Below are positions 36,701 through 49,526 of a DNA stretch of 64,000 nucleotides, piece after piece. The first letter of the stretch is position 1; the number at the start of each line of letters is the position of its first letter. Source of the stretch: Azolla caroliniana. Lineage: Eukaryota > Plantae > Polypodiophyta. The DNA is taken from the NCBI GenBank assembly GCA_043228905.1, contig JBHGNT010000006.1, positions 15,810,001 to 15,874,000 of the forward strand. The letters run 5' to 3'. The notes under the pieces were generated by a model, which was not told where the DNA came from, did not search any database, and saw only the letters and a program-made list of their open reading frames with translations. A program made the position numbers and the translations under genes.

Positions 36701-39123
36701 ACTACTTAATTGGGACAAAAGTGATTATAGAGACAGACTGCCTACCGATTCTCGGTATGGTTTCCGGATGCGTAACTCCAGATCTGGCGATGCTCAGATG
36801 GATTGCGTACATCAAGTCCGTGAACCTGGAAACACGACATATTTCTGGAAAGGAAAACGCCATGGCTGACATGCTTTCAAGAGCGAGGTTCAAGAAGGAG
36901 GACAACATGGTGTCGGAAGACGAAGAAGTCGGCGCGGACTTCTTCGAATCGGCCCAGATGAAGGTAAACAGGTGAAGCACTCTGCCCCTAAACGAGTTCG
37001 ACGAGAATGACTACGATGGGGAGTGGCTTCTAATTGAAAGATTCCTAAGCACGATGACGGAGGACGCGTCATGGACAAAGGAGGAAGCGAGTCAACTCCG
37101 GAAGAAGGCGTACAAATTCTTCCTACAAAGCGGGAAAATCTGGCGACATCCAAAGAAGCGGAATGATGTGCCACTCCGGGTAGTGATGGGGACTGAAGAC
37201 CAAACAATGCTGATGATGAAGTTCCACGAGAGCCCTTGGTCCGGACATCGGGGTACATGGGCCATGTTCGAGAAGGTAATGGAGAAGTATTGGTGGCTGG
37301 GAATGTACAAAGATGTGCATCACTTCGTGTCAACGTAGATCCATTCGGTGGTTCGACACTGCGACGAACTGCACCCGACCTAACGACCAACCATACAGTT
37401 CAAGTGGATGGTCGACTTGGTGACGAGGCCGATGGGAGTAGGAAAAATGCGGTACCTAGTGCTAGCGAGGGTAGATCTGATGAACCAGGTGAAAGGTCGG
37501 GCATTGACGAACAAGACCACCGTGGCCGTATGGAAGATGTCGTCTGCCGATACGGGTGCGTGGGGAAAATTGTGGCCGACCACGGAGAGCTAGATGCAGA
37601 GGAGGCCGAAGAGTTGTTTGACTGGCTAGGGGTCAAGTGGTCCCTTACAATGGCATACAACCCGGAGGCCAACGGGAAGGTTGAGTGGGGTCACGGGCCG
37701 ATCGTAAATGCCATAGTACGCGCATGCGAAGGGTGAGTCAGCAACTGGCCAAGGCTCCTACCTTATGCATTGTGGGCGAACGGAACTACACACAGTTCGG
37801 TGACTGGATACATGCCTACGGAGCTCATGTTTGCGCAAAAACCCATCATGTTGGTGGAGCGAACAATTACCTCCTGGATGGCAGTCGGGAGGATTTGCTT
37901 GCGCCTCGCATCCGACAACTTGAGTGGAGGCCAGAAGACATGGAGTGGGCGACGGCGAGAACGAAAGAAGCGCGGACTAGGAACAAAACCCGGTTCAACA
38001 AGACGCAACAACTCTGACCGAGGAAGATCGAGGAAGGAGATTGGGTGCTGGTCTATGACAGCAGTCTCGACAACCAGCATCGGTCCACGCGTAAGTTCAC
38101 AAAGTAGTGGTTCAGGCCATACGTCGTGACCAACGCAAACGAAAACGCGACATACCACCTCACGGAGCTCGACGGGACTAGATTAGCGACACCGGTAGCA
38201 AGGAAGCGGATAAAGGCCTTCAAAAAGAGGCACAAAGCAGAACCAAACCTGACGTTGAGGACCGAATATGACGTTTCAGACAAGGAGGACGAGTAAAGGT
38301 TGGCCCGGAAATCGTCCACTAAACTCAATACCTGGCACATACCGAAGGATGTGCGGTTTGGTGGGGGTGGATGTCGTGAAGATTTCAGGCCATAAGGGAA
38401 AACATAGCCAAATGTGTGTGAACGCAGATGTTCACAAGTGCACCCCCTTTTGTGCTAACATGTGTAAATACTAAGTAATGATAGGGTTTTGGTGATTACT
38501 AGGGAATTATTATACTTTAATAGGTGCTTTAATATCACATAGGTGGAGGAGAATAAATGGGGGATAATGGGAGAAAATCAAGAAGAGAATCTAGAGGGAC
38601 AACGAAAGTTCATTAAACATGATGTAACGGTCGTCCCTTACGCTATAAAAGGGGCGGCCCCAGACTGTTTTAGGGGGGATGTTTTGAAGGGAAGAAAACT
38701 CTGCCATTCAGAGTACCGAAGCTCTCTCGATCTCTCTATCTCTCTCTGATTACGACCGACGACTGAACTTTCGGAAGGTGCATCCTCTACTCGTGTCAAA
38801 CGCCCACGTGCTCCCAAGGATCATCACTCTATGTGTGATTACTATAGAGCTCGAAGCTCTGTTCCCGGGTCAGACCGGTTGTACTCCCTGCGTATCACGC
38901 GCACGTTCTAACTAATACTGTTATTCGATTATGTCGTCTTGTGTTGCAATTCCATCATATCGAGTTGTAACGATGACCTACGACCATCTCCCTCCAGTCC
39001 CTCTCTATTCTTTTTGCGGTCTGTGTGTACGCGAGGGATATTCCTCCTCTTTGCTCGATTCCTTAGTTCAAGACCCCCGTGGTCCTACCCCATTTCTACG
39101 CATCTGCGCAAAATTCTGCGACA
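27784..39123 (+). mobile_element. Ty3 element G (D-like, Trp PBS), degenerate, hosts H
   Basis: LTRs 27784-28149 (internally deleted) and 38372-39123. PBS TGGTGAGCCCGACGTGAA at 28154-28171. Gag/pol is collinear with D (e.g. IETDCLPILGMVSGCVTPDLAMLRWIAYIKS). 4-bp TSD ACAT/ACGT. Confidence 0.9.
28263..33967 (-). mobile_element. Ty1/Copia element H inserted in the gag of G
   Basis: LTRs 28263-28707 and 33610-33967; PBS (reverse complement of TGGTATCAGAGC) at 33598-33609. Gag from ~33520, RT QMDVKNAFLQG...LYVDDL, RNase H ADWA...KHIEVHYHFVRE. Confidence 0.92.
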
Positions 39124-39426
39124 ACGTGTATACATATTTAATCGTATACATGTGATAAACATAAATATATATTTGTTTTTATTACGTGATTGTGTATGTC
39201 GAATGTTGTCCTTTTTGGGGAAAGGATCTTGGTGGTTGTCCTCACATTTTTGTGAGAATGGCGTAGTCACCATCCTCTTTTTTAACAATTTTTTTTGTTG
39301 TTGTCATCCCCGTTGGTCACTTCAATCTTACTATGCGTTATAACGAAACGATCATAGCCACAATGATGTTGAGAGCGTAGGGCTTGACCCACTTTAAGTG
39401 AGGTCACCCCTATGACACGCGCATCC

Positions 39427-39745
39427 TGTAGAGAAATCGTTGCGGAATTGATCACAATAATCGAATTACGCACTGAAATACGAATCACACTCAAAATGCG
39501 AGAAAGACAAGATAGACGACTATACACAGAGATTTACGTGGAAACCCTAAAACAGGGAAAACCACGGGAACAAAGCTTCGCTATACAAATAGTGGATATA
39601 CACCAACGAGAAGGTTACAACACTCTATCGAGTGTAATAGCCACGCAGGGCTCTTCGCGTCTACTATTACAACACAACTATGGCGCGGCTCACGCTTCTT
39701 CTCTCTCACTCTGTGCAGTATATGCGAAGTTCTGCTTCTTCCTCT

Positions 39746-39831
<86 letters not shown>

Positions 39832-42800
39832 CCTGTTCTCTCTTCTTCTTCTCTCTCTCTCTCTCTCTCAACGACTCTTTCTACCGTCTGCCGTCGTCGT
39901 CGTAGCCGTCGCTGTTGCCATCGCCGCTGTCCGTCTGTCGTCATTGTCTGTCGTTGTCGCCGTCAATTGTCGCTGCAGCTGCCGCCGTCTGTTATCGTCA
40001 ACTATCGCTACAGCCGCCGCCGTCTGTTGCCGTTGACCTTCGCTGCAGTCGCCGCCGTCTGTCGCCGTTTGAACCGTCGTCTATCATCGTCGCAGCTGCC
40101 GTCGTAGCCTGACATCGTCGTTGTCGTCATTTGTCGTTGTTGTTTTTCGCCGTTGCCATTGCCGACCGTGGCCGTCACCTACCGTGGTTGCGTAGACGAG
40201 AGAGTACAAATGTGCTTCAAAACTTGTACCTAGCGCGCGCAAGGCATCAATGCTCGACTAAGTTTTTCTGTCCCTTTTTGACTTTGTCTTTCTTCTATCT
40301 TTTGAATTAAAACATGAGTTCTCGACGAAACCATAAGGAAACACACGACAAAATTATAAGTAAGGAAGAATTTTAGGATGTCCTTAACTGGTTAGTTAAA
40401 ATGGAAAAATGGGCAAAAGATATTGAAGCTCAAAAACAAAAAGATAAGCAAGACAACGTGAACCTTCAAAAACAAGTTAAGGACCCTGAGACATCTAGGG
40501 AAGATGGTGAAATATCCTCCCTCGAGGATATTAAGGATGAGATAAAAAAGGTTAAGGAAGAGGTTAAAAGCGATATGGAACTAGCAAAAACTGGGTGGGT
40601 TGCTGTAGTAAAACGTAATATTAAAAAGGAACTAAAGGATGAAAATATTATAAACACCACCCTTGAGGAGGAAAAAATGCGTCAAGCTCGACGCTTAAAC
40701 GTAAGAGTTACTGGGCTCAAAGAAGGGGCATCTCCCGACAAAGATGCACAAACATTAGGGAAGATGTTGGAGTACGAAGCCCTACCAATCACTAAAACTT
40801 GGAGAGTAGGACGTGACACCACTAGGAAAAGAGGTTTAGTCCCTCAATTTAAGGACTCAGAGTCTAGGATCACCTTTTTTGAAAAGAGACCAATTCTTTG
40901 AGGTTTGGGCGGGGACCCTATCTACCTCGATGAAGACTTGACCAAGATGCAAATTGAGCATTGTAAAACTTGTATATCGCGAGTCATACAAGCTCGTAAA
41001 GAGGGGCACCGTGCTTTTTACCGAGACGGACGTGTGATAATTAATGATCGCGCCACCAATTGATGGCGTGTGGCCCATGTGACAGACAGTAAACTTAGGA
41101 TGACCTTATGGAATTGTAATGGTGCACTTTGGACACACGTTGGCCGTTTACAGGACATTTTGAAGGTATCTGATGTACTTTTTTTAGTAGAAACACATCA
41201 GAGTCCAAATCGGGGACTGCCACGAGTTGACGGTTTTCATTGGGAATCTGTCTTTAGACAAACATCACGTCGACACACTACTAGAGGGTCTAGAGGGGTT
41301 GCAATATTATTTAGGAGTGAGATACATAATAGGATAGAAATACTAAAGAAAGACCAGAAGCCCATTTTATGTGGGTGAAAATCCTCACTAGCAAGGATTG
41401 GGTGATATTTATCGTCGTTTGTTACTTCCCCCCGAAAGGATCCCAGTATAATACGGCTGGAGAGGCGAGTATAGTTGATGAAGGAACGCCACATGGGCCT
41501 TCTCCATACGGACCTTTATCGGATGACATAATTCAATATTCTTCTCAAGGGGAAGTCTTCCTTGTAGGGGATTTTAATGCGAGAACCCAATCACGACAAT
41601 GCACAATATTTCAAATGGATAAAAACTTAGAAATGGTGAATGTCGACCCTTTAGCCTTAGGCATAACACGTACATCAAAAGATCAAGGTGTGGACGCCAC
41701 AAGCTTTGGCCATCATTTGCTTGAACTTGGAAGCCGACACCAGATGATCATATATAATGGCTTAGCCAAGTGGCCGGGCTCGGAAGAGCTCACATGTTTC
41801 CCACGTGGAGGAGGGGAAAGCACAGTTGATTACCTAATAGGACGCCCTGAAGCTACCCACATGGTTAAGTCCTTCCGAGTGGCCCCATGCCCCATTGGTG
41901 CAGACCATAGCTTCCTATACTTTGAGCTAAAATGTGACATCTCCCACACCACCAACTCTAGTCAACCAACCCATCACACCATAATACATTTCACGCATGA
42001 GCTCACTGACATCTACTCTCGACATGTACAAGCCCATCTCTCCTTTTTTTATTCTTCCTTGCCTTTAGAGAACCTCACTACAGAACTCACACATCCTTCA
42101 CTCAACAACAACTAGTAGCTTCCCATGCACAAAAGGTTCCATTCATAGTAGAATAGGGTCTATGCCACAGAACAAGTGGTATGATGAGGATTGTAGAGAG
42201 TTGTATAGACAACTTAAGGTGTCACGACGTAGTGGTACTATTTCCTCAGTACAGGTTCGCAAAAAGATGCGCAAGATGACACGGCGTAAAAGACGAGCTT
42301 GGGAAACATCTCAATATTGGGAACTCTACCATATGTTCATGAGTAGGGATTGAGCCCTTGCATGGAAGAGACTACGGGAACCAAGACCACAAACACCCAT
42401 CCAGAATCCCAATATTTGGCACACATACATCGAGAGACTCTACCATGTCCCGAACCAACCACCCATTCCAATGCCTTCCACACCTCGACCTACCATGGGG
42501 ACACTTTTCACGACCTCTAGGGTCACGAAGGTCATAAAAAAGTTACAACATAGGAAATCCATGGACCACACAGGATTGCGAGCCGAGAACATCATATATG
42601 CTCGAGAGTGCCTAGCCCCCCTTCTCACTCTAATCTTCAACCGTACCCTCGCCGAGGGTTTTCCACCACAATGGGCCATGAACACAGTGGCCCCTATACA
42701 TAAAGGAGGGGACCCAATGGACCCAAATACATATAGGACCATTATGATAGGTCATATGCTTGCTAAACTATATGTTTGATAGACTTAAGAGCTTGGAGAT

Positions 42801-45056
42801 ACCAAATGACATGATCTGGGCCATTTATGCCTTATATGAGTAAGTCTCTCGGTGCGTACGATGCCCAAGTGGCCTATCCGATTGTTTCACTAGCACCATT
42901 GGTGTAAAACAGGGTTGCCCCTTGTCACCGACTCTTTTTGGGATCTACATTGATGAGATCACTAATTTTATTGCTCGAAAGGGAGGCAAGGGAATAGTTA
43001 TTGGGGATACACAAGTTAGTCTCTTACTCTACGCAGACTGTCCTTGCTCTCGGAGTCGGAACACGACCTACAAAAGCATCTTAATGCCCTAGATGACTTT
43101 TGTACGCAACGAGGACTGGTAGTGAATCTAACGAAAACTAAAGTCCTTATCTTTCATACATCGTCCCGAGTTAGGAGTAAATGTAGCCTAACCCTCTCTC
43201 ATAAACTAGTTGAGGTAGTGGGATCATATGTATACTTGGGAGTTAGTTTTAGTGCTCGCTCAGGTAAATTCTCGATGACCCAGGCATCCAAAGATAGACT
43301 AACGAGAGGGTATGCATCCCTCTCACTCTTAGAGAGACAATGCCCCCATGCATACTTTCAAGAGCCACGGACTAAGGGATGCCTCTTCGACTCATTAGTG
43401 ACCCCTTCCCTCATGTATGCATCAGTAGTATGGGCTCTAGGTCTACCATCCTTCATGTGGACGCAATTAGACAGACCTTTGGTGACGATGTTATCACGTC
43501 AACTCCGAAGCAAATCAACAGTACCTCATGACATTATTAGAGCAGAGTTTAGTCTACCCCCGATGTTAGTAGAAGCACTCTTTCAAATGGTAGTTTTTAT
43601 TCATCGGATACATAGCCAACCACAAGATAGGATATCCCATCGAGCCTTTGAGGCATCCCGATCCCTACATGCATCTGGAGACACTAGCTCTTGGTATAGC
43701 ATTGTGGTGAGTTGGTTACTTGCAAACGGCATAGACATTAATAAGCTACCTCCCCTGAAGTACAACCATGGGATGGATCAAACTCTAATCTCTCATGAAG
43801 ACCGTAATAAAGTGATACGCTAAGAAATATGACAAATTTACACCCGATATAAATGGATCACCCCACGAGAGCCACTCCCATCTAAAATGTTGTACTATAA
43901 GGAACACTTCTTGCACTTCTCTAAGTTAGGTTTTATTACACGACCAAGATATCTAGATACATTCTTATCAAATGCACTAAGGGTGGCTGTTAGACAACAT
44001 AGGATATCCTCTCACCACCTTGAGATTGAGAATGGTCGCGCTAATAGAGTCCCTAGAGAGGAAAGGCTATGTAGGTTATGCCATATAGAGATAGAGGATG
44101 AGTATCACTTCACATGCAAGTGCCCAATTTATGTTGAGATACGGGCGGAATACCAAGACATATTAGGACCCTCTCCCACCCTCTCCAAACTATTAGATAC
44201 CCCGAGTGTAAAAAGAATAGGTAGGTATATCTTAGAGCTAAAATAACATAGGGAGAATAAATTACAAAGTGTTAATCACAACCCTTTTACTATTCATCAA
44301 CATGTAACTACTGTAATTTTTCAAGAAGAAGGGGAGACGATGAATGTGGATACACTTATGCCGCTCGGCCTCTCCCTTGAGGAAGCAGAAATACAAAGAA
44401 CAACCAAACGCCCTCGGATGTTGGGCTTCCAAACAAGTCGACGTGGAGTAGAAAAGATTAAGAAGATAAGGGAATGTGAGCTACATCGACTAGAAGCTAT
44501 GGTTGGGGTACCTTTTAAATTGGGACCACGGGCCACATCCACATCGTAACCCTTTGACCTCCCGCTTCTCTTCGAGAGACTTGGATGGAAATGAAATTAG
44601 GCCTAGTATAACATCTTTTCATTGTAGAACATGTTTTTTTTAGAACTATTTTTTATCTTATTTTGATTTTTTTACTTTCGATGAATGGGTAAATATCCCA
44701 TTTTTTGTAAACCATTTGTCTCATGGGCCAAATTTGGCCTTAGAAGACGTTAATATATCTTTCTTTCTTTCTTTCTTTCTCTCACGTTCTGTTCCTAGAT
44801 CTCACATTCAACATGTTTGCCCTAGTTGCATATATACTTACACAACATTCTGGTTATTTACATACATAGCCCTCATGGGGCACACACTAAGACTATTTAC
44901 AAATATAGTCTCCCGAGTTGGCTATTTACACGATTCCGGTTTCGGCCTCGGCCTATCACTCTTTGATTGTTGGCTGGCTCTTGTTTTCCGACTCTTTGAT
45001 TGTTGGCTTTCCAAATAGTCGGATCATCCTCCCACTGGAGGGACATATTCCCAACA
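39427..45056 (-). mobile_element. Solo LTR K (Copia A/B/J-related), split by a LINE at its (CT)n tract
   Basis: Termini TGTAGAG...TTCCCAACA; TSD CATCC at 39422-39426 and 45057-45061. Shares motifs with the J LTR (ttacgtggaaaccctaa..agggaaaaccacggga; ctatttacaaatatag). LTR halves 39427-~39870 and ~44783-45056. Confidence 0.88.
39871..44782 (+). mobile_element. Near full-length LINE, RTEX-like (ORF1 plus APE-RT-zinc-knuckle ORF2), inactive
   Basis: GC-rich 5' UTR. ORF1 from ATG 40314 (RRLNVRVTGLKEG, IYLDEDLTK). ORF2 APE motifs WNCNG, LVETH, VGDFNART, TVDY, GADH; RT GVKQGCPLSPTLFG and LLYAD (with deletions). C-terminal ISSHHLEIENGR...RLCRLC...EDEYHF..C..Y. (TTTC)n tail. Confidence 0.88.
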
Positions 45057-46164
45057 CATCCAGCATCCCTCCCTCGTTACATGGTTACGATCCCAACATG
45101 AGATCATCATTACGAAAGGCATTCGTAATGATGTAACCATGTGCTGGACCACATGGGCCTACTACGAAAAGAGGGCTCGTGTGGTTTGACCATTAGGTTA
45201 CACTTTGGGGTATGTCGTCGTAATCATGAGCCTTGAGGTTGGGTAACGTATCAACATAGTTTTGTAGTAAATCAGGGGGAAAGAAGGACTCTCGACATAT
45301 ATGTTTTCATTTAAATATATATATGGGAAAATGCCTTCGCATATCTCTCATATGCATAAACATTGAACATTCAAAAGAAGCAAACCATTTGTTTATTTGG
45401 TAAGCTCAAGTGTTTAATGTATTTGTTCTCTAGGTCTCGAGTTCAAATATAACCAAGACCATACAACATTGTTGATACATATGATTATAACAGATGTTTA
45501 GACTTTAGGTCTAAGTGCACTTCAGGGTCCTTGTAATAGGACTTAAAGAGCCAAAACCACATGGGTGGGCATAGAGACATAGTTTATTGTTAATATTTTT
45601 TCGTGTTTAAACTATTCATGACGCAAACATACATGGTTGAGCGTCGGGGAGCCGCCACGAAAAAATCGATATAGAGATAAGGGAAAGACATTCATTTGTC
45701 ACCCCCATGGTTTTTAAAACACCTTTGTGTTACCATAGTAACCTGATCTTGAACCTCATCTCATACGTCTAGAGGGGTATTGACGTGAGATCATGATATC
45801 GATTAATGTTTGCCCATGATATGTTTACATCACGACATGATGTTATGACTATTTGTCTGACCTTATCCTATTTCTTTGCCAAAAATTATCATTCAATGGT
45901 TCATAATAATGACCCAATGTCATCCGCTCAAGTGGAAGGAATTCAAAGAAATCCTCCTGGGCCAATCCCCATTGATTTGTATTCGATACAAATACAAAAT
46001 TTCCTAAATTCAACCGCACATCAGATATCCAAACTTCAGCAATCTCATAGTGCTCTTGAGACACGTGTCATTAGTTTACAACGTGATACTAATAGACCCG
46101 ATGAGCGTTAGGGTGAACCATCATTTGTCGTAAAGCCATTTACGGGAGAAAAAAAGGAAAGAAC

Positions 46165-49024
46165 TGTCACGGATCATAAACTCAAGAGACAAGCAAGAAG
46201 ATAACCAAATGGACAAGAAAGAAGATAGTATTAAAGGAAAGACTCCATAACTGGTGTTGTTCACCTTGAATTCCTTCAAGGTGAACTCCTCTATTTATAC
46301 TACATGGCATGCATACTTGTTGCACGCATGTGAATCTACAATAGAGCATGTAGGTATGCATGCATGTGCCAAGTGTAAATACTACAAGGGAGCAACTATG
46401 CACATGATGCTAGCAAAATAATAAGGACCAATTACATACATAACTAGTACTAGATATCTTGGTTAACTCATAATACTAGATTATAACATGGTCGTGTCAA
46501 GAGTTCGAATCTTGACATTATCCCCCCCTTACGCCGCCTTCCCAAATCGGCCGCTGGTTTGTGGGGATATCGGTGATGAAAATCTTGGACGACCTCTGTG
46601 GCATTTTGTAAATTTGCCGATGGTTCCCATGTGGCCTCAGACATGGGGTAACCCCTCCATAGGACGAGGTATTGCAAGTGTCGACGGTGCCAACACAACT
46701 CAAGGATTTGGTCGACCTCGTATTCCTGCCCTGTCGTCAATTGCACAGGTGGTGGTGGTGGGGCTTGACGTCCTGGGAGTTGTGAAGCATAATGGGGTTC
46801 GAGGAGGGAGACATGAAAAACATCGTGAATCCGGAAGTGGGATGGAAGGGCGAGCCGGAAGGCGATGGGATTGATGCACTCGATGATACGGAATGGTCCC
46901 AACTTCTTGTAATCAAGTTTCGCACATGGACGAGTAGTAGAGATGTGTCGACGTAACAACCAGACCATGTCTCCAACGACAAAGTGTGGAGTGGAAGATC
47001 GATGGCGATCAGCCTGCTTCTTGTATCGTTCACTAGCAAGACTAAGCTCCAAGGATAAATCATGATGTAGTTCTTCCAAAATGCGGGCGCGATCCTCCGC
47101 CGAAGGGTTCACGGAAGTGGTAGGAAGGGAAATGTTGAAGCGAGGATGTAAACCGTAGTTGGCAAAGAAGGGAGTGACGCCAGTAGATGCATGGAGAGAA
47201 TTATTGTAGGCGAATTCCGCGAGCGAAAGTAAGTTGACCCAATCATCTTGTTGGTAACTAACCGAGCACCGAAGATACTGCTCAAGGATTTGGTTGACAT
47301 GCTCCGTTTGCCCGTCAGTTTGGGGGTGATAAGCGGAGGACAACTTGATAGAGATGCCTAAAGTTTGTAGCAGGCGCTGCCAGAAGTGAGAGACAAACTG
47401 GGGTCCACGATCCGAGATGACATCATCGGGGAGTCCATGCAAGCGTACCACATTGTTGAGTAGGAGATGCACCATTCCTTCTCCAGAAATGGTTTTGGAG
47501 CATGGAGTGAAGTGAGCCATCTTCGTAAACCAATAGACAACGACCAACATCGAGTCATAGCTATTGACCAAGGGTAGATCAGTTATCAGGTCCATAGAGA
47601 TAGAGGCCCAAGGACGACGAGGATAGGGAAGCGGCTGTAGTAAGCCGTATGGCCGATGATGAATGGCTTTGGAGCGAGCACAAACCTCACAACTCTTTAT
47701 GTATTCTTTGACCAGCTTCCATGGTTGTGGCCACCAATACCCCCGAGAGATTAGCTCGAGGGTTTTCGCGACCCCAAAATGACCTGCAAGTGGGTCATCG
47801 TGGCATTCCCGCAACACCCGAGTGCGACATGGGCCCTCTGGGACGTATAAGAGATGATCTCGGAACAACAAACCCTCTTGTATGGTGAAGGTGTCAAGAT
47901 CCTTCCTTTTGGTCGCCTTGGAGGGGTTTTGCAGACTATCTCGAATCTCGTTGGCAAACGCATCGGTCTTGGATGCATCAGTGATTTGTTGGAGTAAAGA
48001 ATCATCCTGCAACATACAAGTGGCAAAAAGATGCAATTGGTCGGGTTTCAATAAACGTCTAGATTATTGAGCATAAGCAGCATCCCCAGGGCAGAGTGCA
48101 AGGTTAGCTCGGCGAGAAAGGGCATCAGCCTTCCCATGTTGGCCACCAGGTCGAAATACGATCTCAAAATCGTAGTCGGCGAGAAATGTCGACCAACGGG
48201 CCTGCCTTTGATTCAAAGTACGAGTGGTGGAAAAATAAACTAAATTTTTATGATTAGTCACTACCTGGACACGATGTTGTGCGCCGGCCAAGTAGGGTCG
48301 CCATTCTTCAAAGGCAGCAATGATAGCAACAAGCTCCTTGTCGTAAATGGGATAATTGATTTCGGATGCCGTAAATTTTCGGGAATAGTAAGCCACTGGG
48401 TGCATTAGGTTGTTGTCGTCTGCCTGGGATAAGATGGCGTCAATGGCAAAGTCAGAGGCATCGGTTTCGACTTGGAAGGGTTTTGTGGGGTCGGCATGTA
48501 GCAGCACCGGGGCAGTGATGAATTCGTGTTTGAGTGATTCAAACGCATTTTTGTGCCTCCGAGGTCCATAAAAATGGAGTGCCTTTATGGGTGAGAACGA
48601 TAACAGGTTGTGTTAGGGTGGAAAACCCCTTGATGAAGCGACGGTAAAAATTCGCGAAGCCCAGGAAGGATTGCACATCTTTAAGTCGCCTTGGAGTCGC
48701 CCACGCCTGAATGACAGAGACCTTCTTCATATCCATGGTGATGCCAGTGGGCGAGATGATGTAGCCCAGAAATTCGATCGAGGTACGGTCGAACTCGCAT
48801 TTCTTGCCTTTGGCATAAAGGCCATGCTCGCGAAGTTTGGCAAGAACTAATCGGACTTGGCGAGTGTGCTCCTCTATGTTTGGCGAGAAAATGAGAATAT
48901 CATCGAGGTAAATGACAACAAAAAGATCAAGATATTCCCGGAAAATATCGTTCATCATATGCTGAAAAACTACGGGAGCGTTAGTAAGACCAAAAGGCAT
49001 TACCTTGTATTCGAACTCTTGACA
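46165..49024 (-). mobile_element. Tcn1-like chromovirus M with 5' half deleted
   Basis: 3' LTR 46165-46517 with PPT AAGGGGGGATAA on the minus strand. RT YLDD, RNase H ETDASDFAI, integrase GHFG...HPQTDGQTE, chromodomain EYEVDQIL...YLVLWRGYPMSEATWEP. TSD AGAAC at 46160-46164 and 49025-49029. Only ~15 bp of the 5' LTR remain. Confidence 0.9.
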
Positions 49025-49212
49025 AGAACCGAAGAAGCAATCTACACGTGGTTTGGCCGATGGGAGTCTCATTTTGAGCCCTATCCCAAGCCAGATAGTA
49101 CGAAGATTGCATATGTCGGCCGAGAACTAGGGGGTAAGGCTGCCGCATGGTGGCGTGGGAAATTACCCAATACCTAGACAGAATTTGTCACAGTTTTCAA
49201 GGGCCAATGTCT

Positions 49213-49454
49213 ACAAGAATAGTGCGGAATATTGCTCGGCCACAACCGAGTCTTGAATCACAGAAATAGGAAGTAGAGAATACATAGAATATTTACGTGG
49301 AAAACCCTAATAGGGAAAAACCACGGGAGCCCACGGACTCCAACTATCACTATATGAGAGGAAATACAAAGTGGAGACATAGAGGCAACGACCTCGTGCT
49401 TGCGATCTTCGCTAGATGGGGGTTACAACAGAAAGTGCTCGTAGCTACTATCTT

Positions 49455-49526
<72 letters not shown>

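Noticed and set aside
39412-40112. 231-aa and related ORFs with LSLSLS/RERERE runs
   Set aside because: Translations of the (CT)n microsatellite and the LINE 5' UTR.
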